Assembly: GCA_023488645.1 (NCBI GenBank)
Contig: JAMDDL010000018.1
Location: forward strand, 1 to 36,960
Direction: 5' to 3'
Origin: Actinomycetota bacterium
GTDB taxonomy: Bacteria > Actinomycetota > Humimicrobiia > Humimicrobiales > Humimicrobiaceae
DNA: 36,960 nucleotides
The notes beneath the pieces are model-generated. The model saw only the letters and a program-made list of their open reading frames with translations. It had not been told where the DNA came from and searched no databases. The translations under genes were made by a program, and so were the position numbers. Position 1 is the first letter of the stretch. The number at the start of each line of letters is the position of its first letter. This document shows, piece after piece, positions 1-9,090 of this stretch.

Positions 1-127
1 TGATCAGCAAGCTGCCTTATTTGGTCAAAAATGCTTTAAAAAAGGTGATATAAAATCCACTTTTGGCACAGGATGTTTTTTGATGATGAATACAGGTAAG
101 GAAAAAATAAACAGTAAAAATAATCTG
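1..127. repeat. Left arm of a perfect 127-bp inverted repeat (partner 517..643). It may extend beyond the window edge.
   Basis: The reverse complement of 1..127 equals 517..643 base for base by manual comparison. Identity stops at 128/516. Confidence 0.9.
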
Positions 128-516
128 CTTACAACAATTTTTTATAAATCAGATGCCGGTGAAATTTACTATGCACTTGAAGGTTCAATTTATAATGCTG
201 GGAGTATATATCAATGGCTTAAAGAAGAAATGAATTTAATAAATGATTATAGCGAAATAGCACTTATCGGCAAAGAAGTAGGTTTCCAAAAGGATTTCTT
301 TATTGTTCCGGCATTTACAGGATTGGGAGCACCTTATTGGGACCCTTATGCTAGAGGTTTAGCGATAGGAATTTCCAGATCTACTGGTAGAAAAGAATTT
401 ATTCGGGCTACATTGGAATCAGTTGCATATAGGACAAGAGATGTAACTATTGCTATGGAGAATGATACCGGCATTAAATTTAACAGCATGAAAATTGACG
501 GAGGTGTTTCTAAAGA
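2..516 (+). pseudogene. glpK: Glycerol kinase internal fragment (roughly the residue 244-415 region), inverted relative to the N-terminal part of the same gene
   Basis: In-frame translation from nt 2 reads DQQAALFGQKCFKKGDIKSTFGTGCFLMMNTGKEKINSKNNLLTTIFYK...FIVPAFTGLGAPYWDPYARG...KIDGGVSKD, the FGGY/glycerol-kinase signature region. Sense is lost at nt 517, where the inverted arm starts. ORF-track entry 80..619 is this fragment plus read-through. Confidence 0.8.
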
Positions 517-643
517 CAGATTATTTTTACTGTTTATTTTTTCCTTACCTGTATTCATCATCAAAAAACATCCTGTGCCAAAAGTGGATTTTATATCACC
601 TTTTTTAAAGCATTTTTGACCAAATAAGGCAGCTTGCTGATCA
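517..643. repeat. Right arm of the perfect 127-bp inverted repeat (partner 1..127)
   Basis: cagattatttttactg...ggcagcttgctgatca is the exact reverse complement of nt 1..127. Confidence 0.9.
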
Positions 644-1374
644 CCCAACAAAGAACATACGGGTATTTCTCTTTTAAAAACTGAATCTTTTTTGGTATAA
701 CCAAATAAAGCATCCCCATAGCTTGCTTTTACATCAGGCAAGATAGATCTTGGTATATTGAAAATACTCAATAAATCATCATCCCATATAAGTGTATTTA
801 TATTAAATAAAAGAGTTCTTGATGCATTTGATACATCCGTTAAATGATTTCCTGTTAATTTAAATATAACCCAACTATCAAGAGTACCGAATGCTAAATT
901 ACTAAAATTGTTTGTACTGGAATTTGTTAAAAGCCATTCAAGTTTAGTAGCAGAAAAATACGGATCTAACATTAATCCGGTCTTAGATCTTATTAAGTCT
1001 TCACCCACTTCTTTTTTTAATTCATCACAACGTTTAGAAGTTCTTCTATCCTGCCACACAATCACGGGAGACAGCGCTTCTCCATTTCTTTTATCCCAGA
1101 TTAATGTAGACTCACGCTGATTACATAACCCAAGAGCTAATATTTTTTCCGAAGTCCCTCCTAATTTATTAATTGTTTCTTTAACTACAAATTCAACAGC
1201 ATTTAATATTTCATTAGCATCTTCTTCAACCCATCCTGATTCAGGATAAATTTGAGAAATCTGCTTAAAAGATTCATAAAAAATTCTTCCGTCAGTATAA
1301 AATAGTATAAACCTGATAGAAGTAGTACCTATATCTATTACCCCTATATAATTGTTATCTTCTTTTTTTTGCAT
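517..1374 (-). pseudogene. glpK: Glycerol kinase N-terminal 286 codons, truncated at the inversion junction
   Basis: MQKKEDNNYIGVIDIGTTSIRFILF...VIVWQDRRT...GDQQAALFGQKCF...NTGKEKINSKNNL is a typical GlpK N-terminal half. After nt 517 the frame continues as nonsense (SLETPPSIFMLL...) into the antisense of the + strand fragment. ORF track 346..1374 therefore overcalls. Confidence 0.85.
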
Positions 1375-1414
1375 AAGTCATCTTTTCCTATAAAATTTTA
1401 AAGATTATAAAAAA

Positions 1415-2560
1415 TTATTCTTCAAAACCGAACTTATATTGCCACAACTTATACTCATCTCTTGTCTCTTTTATAATTTTTTGCATAGCTTCATTTAAAG
1501 GAACTCCTTTATCCTTTCTTTCAAGCCAAGCAAGATATTCCTTTTCTCCTGCAGTATAAATTCTGTTTTGTCCTGGTGCTTTTTTTGAATTTCTAAGCTG
1601 GCGAAGTATTTCTCCTGTGGTTTTTTTAAACTTATCCGGCTCAATAAAGCTGTTTATGTCTATTGCAATAAAGAAATGCCCGAGACGGCTTGGAACCCTG
1701 CTGCCATTTTTATCAACATCAGAAAGGCTTTTAAGAAATAAACCTGCCTGCAGTGCAGAGGATAGTATTTCTACCACTGTGGCATAACCGTAACCTTTAT
1801 ATCCTGCCATTTCCTCACCTATGCCACCAAGCGGGGTAAGCGCACATTCTCCTTTATTCAAGCCTTTAAGAACCTCAGCAGCATTAGTTCTTGTATTTCC
1901 CGTCTGATCAATTACCCAGCCCGGAGGCAATTCTTTTCCTTCCCGTTCATATAGTTCAATTTTGCCTCTTTGAGTAATGGAGGTTGCACAGTCTATAACG
2001 AAAGGAAAGGCTTCATCTGTTGGCATCCCGAATACCAGCGGATTTGTTCCAAGCATATTTTCTACGCCAAATGTTGGAGCTATTGAAGGTCTTGCATTTG
2101 TGCCTGTTATGCCTATCATATTTTCTTTTGCAGCCATAATTGCGTAATATCCTGCAAAACCATAATGAGTGGAATTTCTTACTGTTACCATGCCCAGTCC
2201 ATATTTTTTTGCTTTTTCGATTGCCATTTGCATGGATTTTTGACCTATTACATGACCCATACCATTATGTCCGTCTACAACTGCAGTCGTCGGACCTTCC
2301 CTGATGATTTCAAACTCGGTAACAGGTTTTTGCAATCCCGCATTTATTCTGTCAATATATATAGGTCTGAACCTGCCAACACCATGGCTGTCAATTCCTC
2401 TTTTATCTGCTTCTATTAAAACTTCAGCACATATCCGTGCGTCCTCTTCAGGTACACCTGCTTTAATAAAGACATCAACCATAAATTGCTGCATCTTATC
2501 AAAAGGCTCGTATGCAATATTTGGATTCCCGGCTGTATTGTTTGTATTTTCTTTACCCAT
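1415..2560 (-). CDS. Ldh2-family NAD(P)H-dependent oxidoreductase (malate/L-sulfolactate/ureidoglycolate/2,3-diketogulonate dehydrogenase family)
   Basis: 381 aa. The N-terminal pattern ...VFIKAGVPEEDARICAEVLIEADKRGIDSHGVGRF... and NSTHYGFAGYY are typical of the type-2 malate/L-lactate dehydrogenase family. The substrate cannot be assigned. Confidence 0.8.
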   Translation of the reverse strand: MGKENTNNTAGNPNIAYEPFDKMQQFMVDVFIKAGVPEEDARICAEVLIEADKRGIDSHGVGRFRPIYIDRINAGLQKPVTEFEIIREGPTTAVVDGHNGMGHVIGQKSMQMAIEKAKKYGLGMVTVRNSTHYGFAGYYAIMAAKENMIGITGTNARPSIAPTFGVENMLGTNPLVFGMPTDEAFPFVIDCATSITQRGKIELYEREGKELPPGWVIDQTGNTRTNAAEVLKGLNKGECALTPLGGIGEEMAGYKGYGYATVVEILSSALQAGLFLKSLSDVDKNGSRVPSRLGHFFIAIDINSFIEPDKFKKTTGEILRQLRNSKKAPGQNRIYTAGEKEYLAWLERKDKGVPLNEAMQKIIKETRDEYKLWQYKFGFEE

Positions 2561-2601
2561 TCTGCTCTCCTATTTAATATGAGTATGCAAATATCTTTTG
2601 T

Positions 2602-3450
2602 TTATTTTTTAATAATTTTTCCAAATTCTTGGTAGAGTTTCTTTATATAATTAATAGATTGACCTGTATGAAGATTAAATATTTCATTTTCTGCTGTAAG
2701 AAAGTCTTCTATATGGCTTTCTATTTTAGGTGGTACAAATTCCATTGTAATATAACCTTTGTATTTAATATTAATCAGGGCTTGCAACAATGAACGAAAA
2801 TCTATATGTCCAAACCCTGCTGCTTCACGATTACTGTCAGCAATATGTACATGTATTAATTGGCTGGCAGCTCTTTTTATCTCCTCTGCAATGGACATCT
2901 CTTCAATATTCATATGAAATGAATCAACCATCACACCAACGTTTTCCAAATCCACTTCATTTCGCAGTTTTAGAGATTGACTAATCTTGTTAATAAGATA
3001 AGTTTCATACCTGTTTAGAGCTTCGATAGCAAGCTGCACCCCTAGACCTGCTGCAAATTGTCCAATATTATGGATGCTTTCACATGCAAGCCGCCATTCT
3101 TCATTAAACGGAGCGGTTGGACTTTTTTTCCCCACTGGAGACGGAACAACTATGACAATTTTAGCTCCCAGTTCGCTTGCAAATACAACACAATCTTTTA
3201 CATAGCGTATTGCATTCTCACGTACTGATGGATCTATATTAGAGAGATCTCTATCGAGAGTGTAAATACCACATATGGAAGATGCTTCCAGTCCATGACT
3301 TTTAAGCAAGCTTCTGACAAATTTAACTTTTAAGCTATAGGGCTCACCCACCAATTCAACCCCATCATAGCCAAAGTGAGCAATACGCTCAATGCTCGCC
3401 TCCAACGGCTCCTGGCCGTATATTCCCTCATTTACGCTGTATTTTAACAT
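2602..3450 (-). CDS. Sugar phosphate isomerase/epimerase, xylose-isomerase-like TIM barrel
   Basis: 282 aa. FGYDGVEL, ...VVPSP..., EALNRYETYLIN and HVHIADSNR match the AP_endonuc_2/xylose-isomerase-like barrel pattern of metal-binding E/D/H/E residues. Confidence 0.75.
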   Translation of the reverse strand: MLKYSVNEGIYGQEPLEASIERIAHFGYDGVELVGEPYSLKVKFVRSLLKSHGLEASSICGIYTLDRDLSNIDPSVRENAIRYVKDCVVFASELGAKIVIVVPSPVGKKSPTAPFNEEWRLACESIHNIGQFAAGLGVQLAIEALNRYETYLINKISQSLKLRNEVDLENVGVMVDSFHMNIEEMSIAEEIKRAASQLIHVHIADSNREAAGFGHIDFRSLLQALINIKYKGYITMEFVPPKIESHIEDFLTAENEIFNLHTGQSINYIKKLYQEFGKIIKK

Positions 3451-3503
3451 TAAGTCACCTCTATTCTAATATTGTAATAATCAATTAATTATATTGTCTA
3501 TAA

Positions 3504-4481
3504 CTACTTTTTCTTATTAGCTTCTTCATTAAAAAGACATTTTTTCAAAAACTCTACAGCTTTTTTAAAACCCTCATCAACAGACATGAGAGTATCCTCA
3601 TGTTCGATGCTAAGAACATAATTATACCTAAAAGTTACAAGAGAGCTTATAATAGCCTTCCATTTTTCATATCCCATTCCATACCCTATGGTTCTAAAAA
3701 CCCAGGATCTATTGGAGACATCAGTATATGGCTTTGCATCAAGAACACCATTTAGTGAGGTGTTGTAGGAATCAATATAAACATCCTTCGCATGAACATG
3801 AAAAATTATATTATGTTTACCAAGTGCTCGTATAGCAATAATAGGATCAATACCCTGCCATAGAAGGTGGCTGGGATCAAAGTTAGCTCCTATTGCCGGT
3901 CCGACCGCTTCACGTAATTTCAATAGCGTTTCAGGGTTATAAACCACAAAACCCGGGTGCATTTCAAATGCGATCTTTTTAATGCCATGATTTTCTGCAA
4001 ATTTTACTTCTTCGATCCAATAAGGAATGACCTTATTTTCCCACTGCCACTTCAGTATCTTCGGGAAATCATCTGGCCAAGCACAGGTAACCCAGTTTGG
4101 ATAAATAGCCTTTTCTGAGTCTCCGGGACACCCGGAAAATACACAGATAGTTTCCACACCCAATTTCTCAGCAAGTAGTACCGTTTTTCTCCATATATTG
4201 TGTGAATTATGAGCAAACTTTCGATTCGGGTGTAATGGATTTCCATGACAACTAAATGCACTAATTATTAATCTACGGTCTGATATGGCACGAATAAATC
4301 TTTTTATTTTAATGCCATCTCTAAGCAGCTTATCAGGATTACAATGAGCATTCCCAGAATAATTTCCGGTACCTATCTCAACTGCCTCCAGACCATGCTC
4401 AACTACCCTATCAAGAACTTCTTCGAGGGGTAATTTTTGGAACAATACTGTGAAAATACCTATCTTCAACATAACCTCCAT
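3504..4481 (-). CDS. Sugar phosphate isomerase/epimerase, xylose-isomerase-like TIM barrel (second paralog)
   Basis: 325 aa. GLEAVEIGTG, FEMHPG, HVHAKD and LSIEHED motifs are present. The start is ambiguous: a GGAGG lies inside the first codons (atggaggttatgttg), so ATG 4472 or TTG 4469 may be the real start. Confidence 0.75.
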   Translation of the reverse strand: MEVMLKIGIFTVLFQKLPLEEVLDRVVEHGLEAVEIGTGNYSGNAHCNPDKLLRDGIKIKRFIRAISDRRLIISAFSCHGNPLHPNRKFAHNSHNIWRKTVLLAEKLGVETICVFSGCPGDSEKAIYPNWVTCAWPDDFPKILKWQWENKVIPYWIEEVKFAENHGIKKIAFEMHPGFVVYNPETLLKLREAVGPAIGANFDPSHLLWQGIDPIIAIRALGKHNIIFHVHAKDVYIDSYNTSLNGVLDAKPYTDVSNRSWVFRTIGYGMGYEKWKAIISSLVTFRYNYVLSIEHEDTLMSVDEGFKKAVEFLKKCLFNEEANKKK

Positions 4482-4590
4482 AGTTGTTTAATAAGAAAAT
4501 TTATCCAGTTCAGCTCTATCAACAAAGCCTAATCAGCTTTAAATAAACTCAATAAAAGAAATTTTCACTGATAGCTTTCTGGCTTTTACT

Positions 4591-5625
4591 TCATTGATAA
4601 TCAAATAGTACCTTGACTGCTGTTTCTGGATTTTTATCAATAAATTGATAAGCTTCTTTTGCTTGTGAATATGGAAAACGTCTACTAACCATCGGGTCTG
4701 TAATCAGTTGCCCATTTTCTAATAAACATAAGGCAGTTTTTTCTATCCTTTTCAAGTCCCACATAGGATAACATCGGTGTGGCATACCCCATACTGGCAT
4801 ACTGGAAACCATGGTCACCCTGTTGTGATGCCACTCTGCCCCGAGCTGGAGATTGTGACAGTCTCCTTTAAAATAGCTTGCAGTTACCATTAGCCCTCCT
4901 ACATGAATGCTTCTAATGGCATCCTGTAAAGCTTTATAATCCCCTGAAAGATCAATAGCAACATCTACACCTTTATTATCAGTTAATTTCTTGATTTCAA
5001 GTCCGACATTACACAGGTTAGCATTAAATACTTCATCTGCACCAAACTGACGTGCTAACTCCAAGCGATTTGCAAGCACATCCACTACAAAGACGCATTT
5101 AGCTCCATTCATCCTGGCGATTTGCAATGCTAGTAAACCAATAGCACCGAGCCCAAATATTGCAATTTTATCGCCTACTTTGATCTGAGCATCGTGCACC
5201 GCCTGAAGAGCAAAAATTGTAGGATCAGTAAAAAGAGCTGTCTCCGGCTTCATTCCTTTATCAAGTAAATACAAGTCATCTTCTTTAACTACATTAGTTG
5301 GTCGATGAGGCATACCACCATGCACCCAGTCGCCTATTTTCAATCTTTTAACTGCTGATCCAGTTTCAATTATATCTCCTACTAGCCATGAGCCTAAGTT
5401 CAAAGGATAAAAACTTTTATCCTTTCTTATTCGAAAAATACGTAGCTCAGGATCGAACTCTTTCTCAAGAAATGGAGTAATCCCAGAATATAGCGCCATT
5501 TCAGTCCCATGTTTAATACCACTTACCAATGACCGAACTCGTACTTCGTCTGGTTTTAATGGTGGTTCTATATAATCACGAAATTCGATTGTTTTGGGAG
5601 CAGTTACTAAAAATTCCTTAGGCAT
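4591..5625 (-). CDS. Zinc-type medium-chain (MDR) alcohol/polyol dehydrogenase
   Basis: Has the GroES-like N-terminus and a Rossmann motif, IAIFGLGAIGLLALQIA. I chose the second ATG (MPKEFLV...) because gaaagga lies 5 nt upstream of it. The ORF track begins at 5646, only 3 nt from the upstream stop. Confidence 0.7.
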   Translation of the reverse strand: MPKEFLVTAPKTIEFRDYIEPPLKPDEVRVRSLVSGIKHGTEMALYSGITPFLEKEFDPELRIFRIRKDKSFYPLNLGSWLVGDIIETGSAVKRLKIGDWVHGGMPHRPTNVVKEDDLYLLDKGMKPETALFTDPTIFALQAVHDAQIKVGDKIAIFGLGAIGLLALQIARMNGAKCVFVVDVLANRLELARQFGADEVFNANLCNVGLEIKKLTDNKGVDVAIDLSGDYKALQDAIRSIHVGGLMVTASYFKGDCHNLQLGAEWHHNRVTMVSSMPVWGMPHRCYPMWDLKRIEKTALCLLENGQLITDPMVSRRFPYSQAKEAYQFIDKNPETAVKVLFDYQ

Positions 5626-5648
5626 ATTTATCCTTTCATAATTCATAA

Positions 5649-6473
5649 TTATCCTTTGATTGCGCCGGCAGTCAATCCTCGTATAAACTGCCGTTGAAAA
5701 ATAACAAAAACTATCATCAATGGTAAAGTCGCCATAGTCACACCGGCAGCAACTAAACCATAATTAGTTGTATAACGTCCTGAGAAGAACATTAACCCAA
5801 GAGCAATTGGACGAAGTGATTCATCATTTAAGAACACGAGAGGCATAAGAAAGGCATTCCATGTCCACATAAATTGAAAGACCAGCAAAGTTGATATAGC
5901 AGGTCCTGCGAGAGGTAACATAATCTTGGAAAAAACTTCAAACTCATTACAACCATCTACACGTGCTGCATCTATCAATTCAGACGGCAGGCTTCGGAAA
6001 AAAGCTTGCATAAGAAAGATCCCGAAAGGTAACCCTAGTGTTGTCGCCGGTAATATCATTGCCCAGTATGTACCAAAAAGCTTGAGTGCTCTAACGGTGT
6101 AATATAGGGGGATCATAATAGTTTGGAAAGGAACCATAAGTCCCAGAAGAAAAATATAAAAGAATATCTTCGACCCTACAAATTTAAGCTTGCCAAAAGC
6201 ATACCCTGCCATACAGGATAGGGAAACAACAAAGAAAACCGTGGGTAAGGTTATGATAAAAGTATTACCCAAATACCTATTAAAACGCCCGACTGTCCAA
6301 GCTTTAGCTAAGTTCTCCCAATGAAATACTGTTGGTAACGCAAAGGGGTCTTTGAAAATTTCTGATGATGATTTTAAAGCTGACATCCATATTACAAGAA
6401 TTGGAGCTATTGCAAAGATGGCAAATAAAATAAGGACTATATACTTTAAACTATTTTCAATGAATTTTTTCAT
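5649..6473 (-). CDS. Carbohydrate ABC transporter permease (MalG-like)
   Basis: 274 aa, about 6 TM segments, with EAA-loop-like SLPSELIDAARVDGCNEFEVFSKIMLPLAGPA. Confidence 0.85.
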   Translation of the reverse strand: MKKFIENSLKYIVLILFAIFAIAPILVIWMSALKSSSEIFKDPFALPTVFHWENLAKAWTVGRFNRYLGNTFIITLPTVFFVVSLSCMAGYAFGKLKFVGSKIFFYIFLLGLMVPFQTIMIPLYYTVRALKLFGTYWAMILPATTLGLPFGIFLMQAFFRSLPSELIDAARVDGCNEFEVFSKIMLPLAGPAISTLLVFQFMWTWNAFLMPLVFLNDESLRPIALGLMFFSGRYTTNYGLVAAGVTMATLPLMIVFVIFQRQFIRGLTAGAIKG

Positions 6474-7391
6474 TTACATATCGTTCCTTTCCCTGAACTT
6501 CAGGAAAACGTAAGAAGATGACAAAGAAAGGAATGTCATTACCATACATAAAGCTGATCCATATCCTATCGAATTGAGTTGAAATGATTGTTTGTAAGTA
6601 TAAGTAGCAATCAATTCTGTACTATTAGCAGGACCACCATGAGTCATAATAAAAACAATATCAAAAACATTGAAACCGCCGATCATTGTATACACAACAA
6701 TCATTGTGAGCACATGGTTTAATTGGGGTATAGTTACATGAATAAGTTGTTGCCAAGAGTTTGCACCATCGCATCTAGCAGCATCATGTAACTCAAGATT
6801 CACATTCTGCAAACCTGCCAGTAAAACTACTACACAAAATCCAAAATAACTCCAGATTGCAGCAATTAATACCATATATATAGCAAGGTTGGGATCCCCC
6901 AACCAACCCCGGCTTAAAGAACTAAGGCCAATTATATCTAGAATCCGGTTTAGCATACCAAAGATAGGATTATACATCCAGCCCCAAATAATACCAACAA
7001 TAACTGGTGAAAGTATAACTGGCATAAAATATACAGTACGGAAAAAAGTTCTTCCCTTCGTATTCCCGCCCCATAATAAAACAGCTAATATTAGTCCGAT
7101 AACAATCGGCACAATAGTTCCAATAATCACCCAGATGACATTATGAGACAGTGAAGTCCACATTAGATGGTCTCTAACCATTCTGATGTAATTGTTTAAT
7201 CCTAAGAATTTCTTTTGGGGATCAACACCATTCCAATTAGTCAGACTTAAGTATACTGTACCTGCAAAAGGATAGATAAAAAAAATAGCATATAATAATA
7301 AAGCTGGTGATATAAATAGATACCCTGTCTTATTTAGATAAACCCATTTCTTTATAGAATAAAAATTTGAATTTAAAATTTTTTTTGCCAT
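6474..7391 (-). CDS. Carbohydrate ABC transporter permease (MalF-like)
   Basis: 305 aa, with EAA loop LQNVNLELHDAARCDGANSWQQLIHVTIPQL. It abuts the downstream permease, which suggests translational coupling. Confidence 0.85.
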   Translation of the reverse strand: MAKKILNSNFYSIKKWVYLNKTGYLFISPALLLYAIFFIYPFAGTVYLSLTNWNGVDPQKKFLGLNNYIRMVRDHLMWTSLSHNVIWVIIGTIVPIVIGLILAVLLWGGNTKGRTFFRTVYFMPVILSPVIVGIIWGWMYNPIFGMLNRILDIIGLSSLSRGWLGDPNLAIYMVLIAAIWSYFGFCVVVLLAGLQNVNLELHDAARCDGANSWQQLIHVTIPQLNHVLTMIVVYTMIGGFNVFDIVFIMTHGGPANSTELIATYTYKQSFQLNSIGYGSALCMVMTFLSLSSSYVFLKFRERNDM

Positions 7392-7517
7392 ATTTTCATT
7401 AACTAAGTAATAATTATAAAAAGCTTTTTTAAAGGGTAAGAATAATTAAATTTTTCTCACCCTTTAATATTATTTTTAATATAATAAATAACTAAATAAC
7501 AAAATAACTAACTTTCA

Positions 7518-8870
7518 CTATTTGCCCTTATCAGCTTCCCATGCTGACTGGAGCTCTTTGATTAGCACTTCCGGTGTCTTTTTCCCCAACAGAACTGCCT
7601 GGTATCCATCTGCTTGAGTATTATTAAACTGATCCCCAGCAAGAACATCAATATTATACCCTAATGGTACCCCTGACACAGCATTAACTGCAAATTTCAT
7701 CAATGGCGAAAGATTTAAACCCTCGGTATTAACTATAATAGGTGGGATAATAGACATGTTCTCAAGCCACATTTTAGCATTTTCTTCAGAGAATAAATAA
7801 TCCAAAAATTTAATTGCTTCTACAGGATTAGCAGTTTTTGAGGAAATAAAATATCCTGAACCCAGACCTCCCGGAGGAAGAATTGGTTTCCCTTCTATAG
7901 ACGGGAAAAAGAAAAAGCCGGTTTCAAAATCTTTTGCATTAGCAGTTATCTCACTGATCAGCCATGTGCCTGTCATATGCATTGCAGCCTTACCTGAATA
8001 GAAAACTGCATTCCCATCTTCGTATTTAATTGCAGTTGTATCGCTCAGGAAATAACCAGCCTTATTCATATCAACAAAAAAGATCTGGATTGCTTTAATA
8101 AAGTCGGGATCATTCCAAGTTCCTTCATCAAAGAGTACTCTATCTAATTTTTCTTTGCCTGCAATGTTATTTGCCATAATGCTGAATTGGTGATAAGCAG
8201 GCCATTTGTCTCCGTCAGCAAAAGCAATGGGTGTATAACCGGCTGCCTTAGCCTTATTACATATCTGTGTAAATTCTTCATAAGTCTTTGGTTCTCCAAC
8301 ACCTAATTCATTAAATATTTTTTTGTTGTAATAGACTCCTATAAATTCCACCTCATTGCCGATGCCATAAGTCTTTCCATTAAAAGTAACACGCTCTTTA
8401 GTCCAATTAAAAATGCGGTTATTCCAACCATTATCTTTATAAGCTGTATCAAGTTCAAGCAACAAACCGGCTTTTGCCAGAACACCAGCATACCCGGGAC
8501 CAGTATCATAATACATAATGTCGGGACCCATTCCAGAAGCAAGAGCTGTTTGAAGAACTGGGCGCATATCATCGATTGTTTGAGCCTCCCGAACAATCTC
8601 AATATTGGGGTTTGACTCTTGGAATTTAGAAATCATCTTATCCATACCAGCGCTTTGATTTTCCTCGGTAAATGTATCCCAGATGTGAAGCGTAATTTTC
8701 TTGGCAGATGTTGTGACTGCTACAGTAGTTTCAGCTGCTGTCGTTTCTGTATCTGTTGCCACTTCTTTTACAGTTGTTACCTCTGAAACCCTTGCTTTGC
8801 AACCAATACTCATAAAAGCCAATGATATAATAAAAATCATAATTAATGAAATAACTGTTATTTTTTTCAT
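7518..8870 (-). CDS. Extracellular solute-binding lipoprotein of a carbohydrate ABC transporter
   Basis: Family-1 SBP-like sequence. MKKITVISLIMIFIISLAFMSIGC is a lipoprotein signal with a lipobox Cys, followed by a Thr/Ala/Glu-rich linker. gaggtaagga lies 4 nt upstream of ATG 8870, whereas the ORF track starts at an upstream TTG (8888). Confidence 0.8.
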   Translation of the reverse strand: MKKITVISLIMIFIISLAFMSIGCKARVSEVTTVKEVATDTETTAAETTVAVTTSAKKITLHIWDTFTEENQSAGMDKMISKFQESNPNIEIVREAQTIDDMRPVLQTALASGMGPDIMYYDTGPGYAGVLAKAGLLLELDTAYKDNGWNNRIFNWTKERVTFNGKTYGIGNEVEFIGVYYNKKIFNELGVGEPKTYEEFTQICNKAKAAGYTPIAFADGDKWPAYHQFSIMANNIAGKEKLDRVLFDEGTWNDPDFIKAIQIFFVDMNKAGYFLSDTTAIKYEDGNAVFYSGKAAMHMTGTWLISEITANAKDFETGFFFFPSIEGKPILPPGGLGSGYFISSKTANPVEAIKFLDYLFSEENAKMWLENMSIIPPIIVNTEGLNLSPLMKFAVNAVSGVPLGYNIDVLAGDQFNNTQADGYQAVLLGKKTPEVLIKELQSAWEADKGK

Positions 8871-9055
8871 ATAATCCTTACCTCTCAAATTTAATATTGA
8901 GATATTAAATTTTTATATTATAGGTAAATTTTTAATTATTTTATTTTTTAATATCACCCCCTTTAAAAAATATTAAAATAATTTTTATCTTTACATCACC
9001 TCCTATCGTATTAATAACCGTTTGATTGTAAAACCCTTCAATATACAATAAAATA

Positions 9056-9069
9056 TGTCATCGATGACA
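9056..9069. promoter_or_regulatory. Perfect 14-bp palindrome TGTCATCGATGACA, a candidate LacI-family operator upstream of the transporter/catabolic operon
   Basis: Self-complementary with a central CG, as in LacI/GalR-type operators. An identical copy lies at 10148..10161. This copy is in the 220-bp gap between the lacI-like stop and the SBP start. Confidence 0.6.
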
Positions 9070-9090
9070 CTTCGTATATAAAAAAAATTG

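Noticed and set aside
346-516. The 3' part of ORF-track entry 346..1374 (- strand)
   Set aside because: After the glpK N-terminal 286 codons, the frame runs into the antisense of the inverted glpK fragment. The translation (SLETPPSIFMLLNLMPVSF...) has no GlpK similarity, so this is read-through across a junction and not coding sequence.
517-619. The 3' part of ORF-track entry 80..619 (+ strand)
   Set aside because: Beyond nt 516 the frame reads the antisense of the glpK N-terminal segment (RLFLLFIFSLPVFIIKKHP...). This is an artefact of the inverted repeat.
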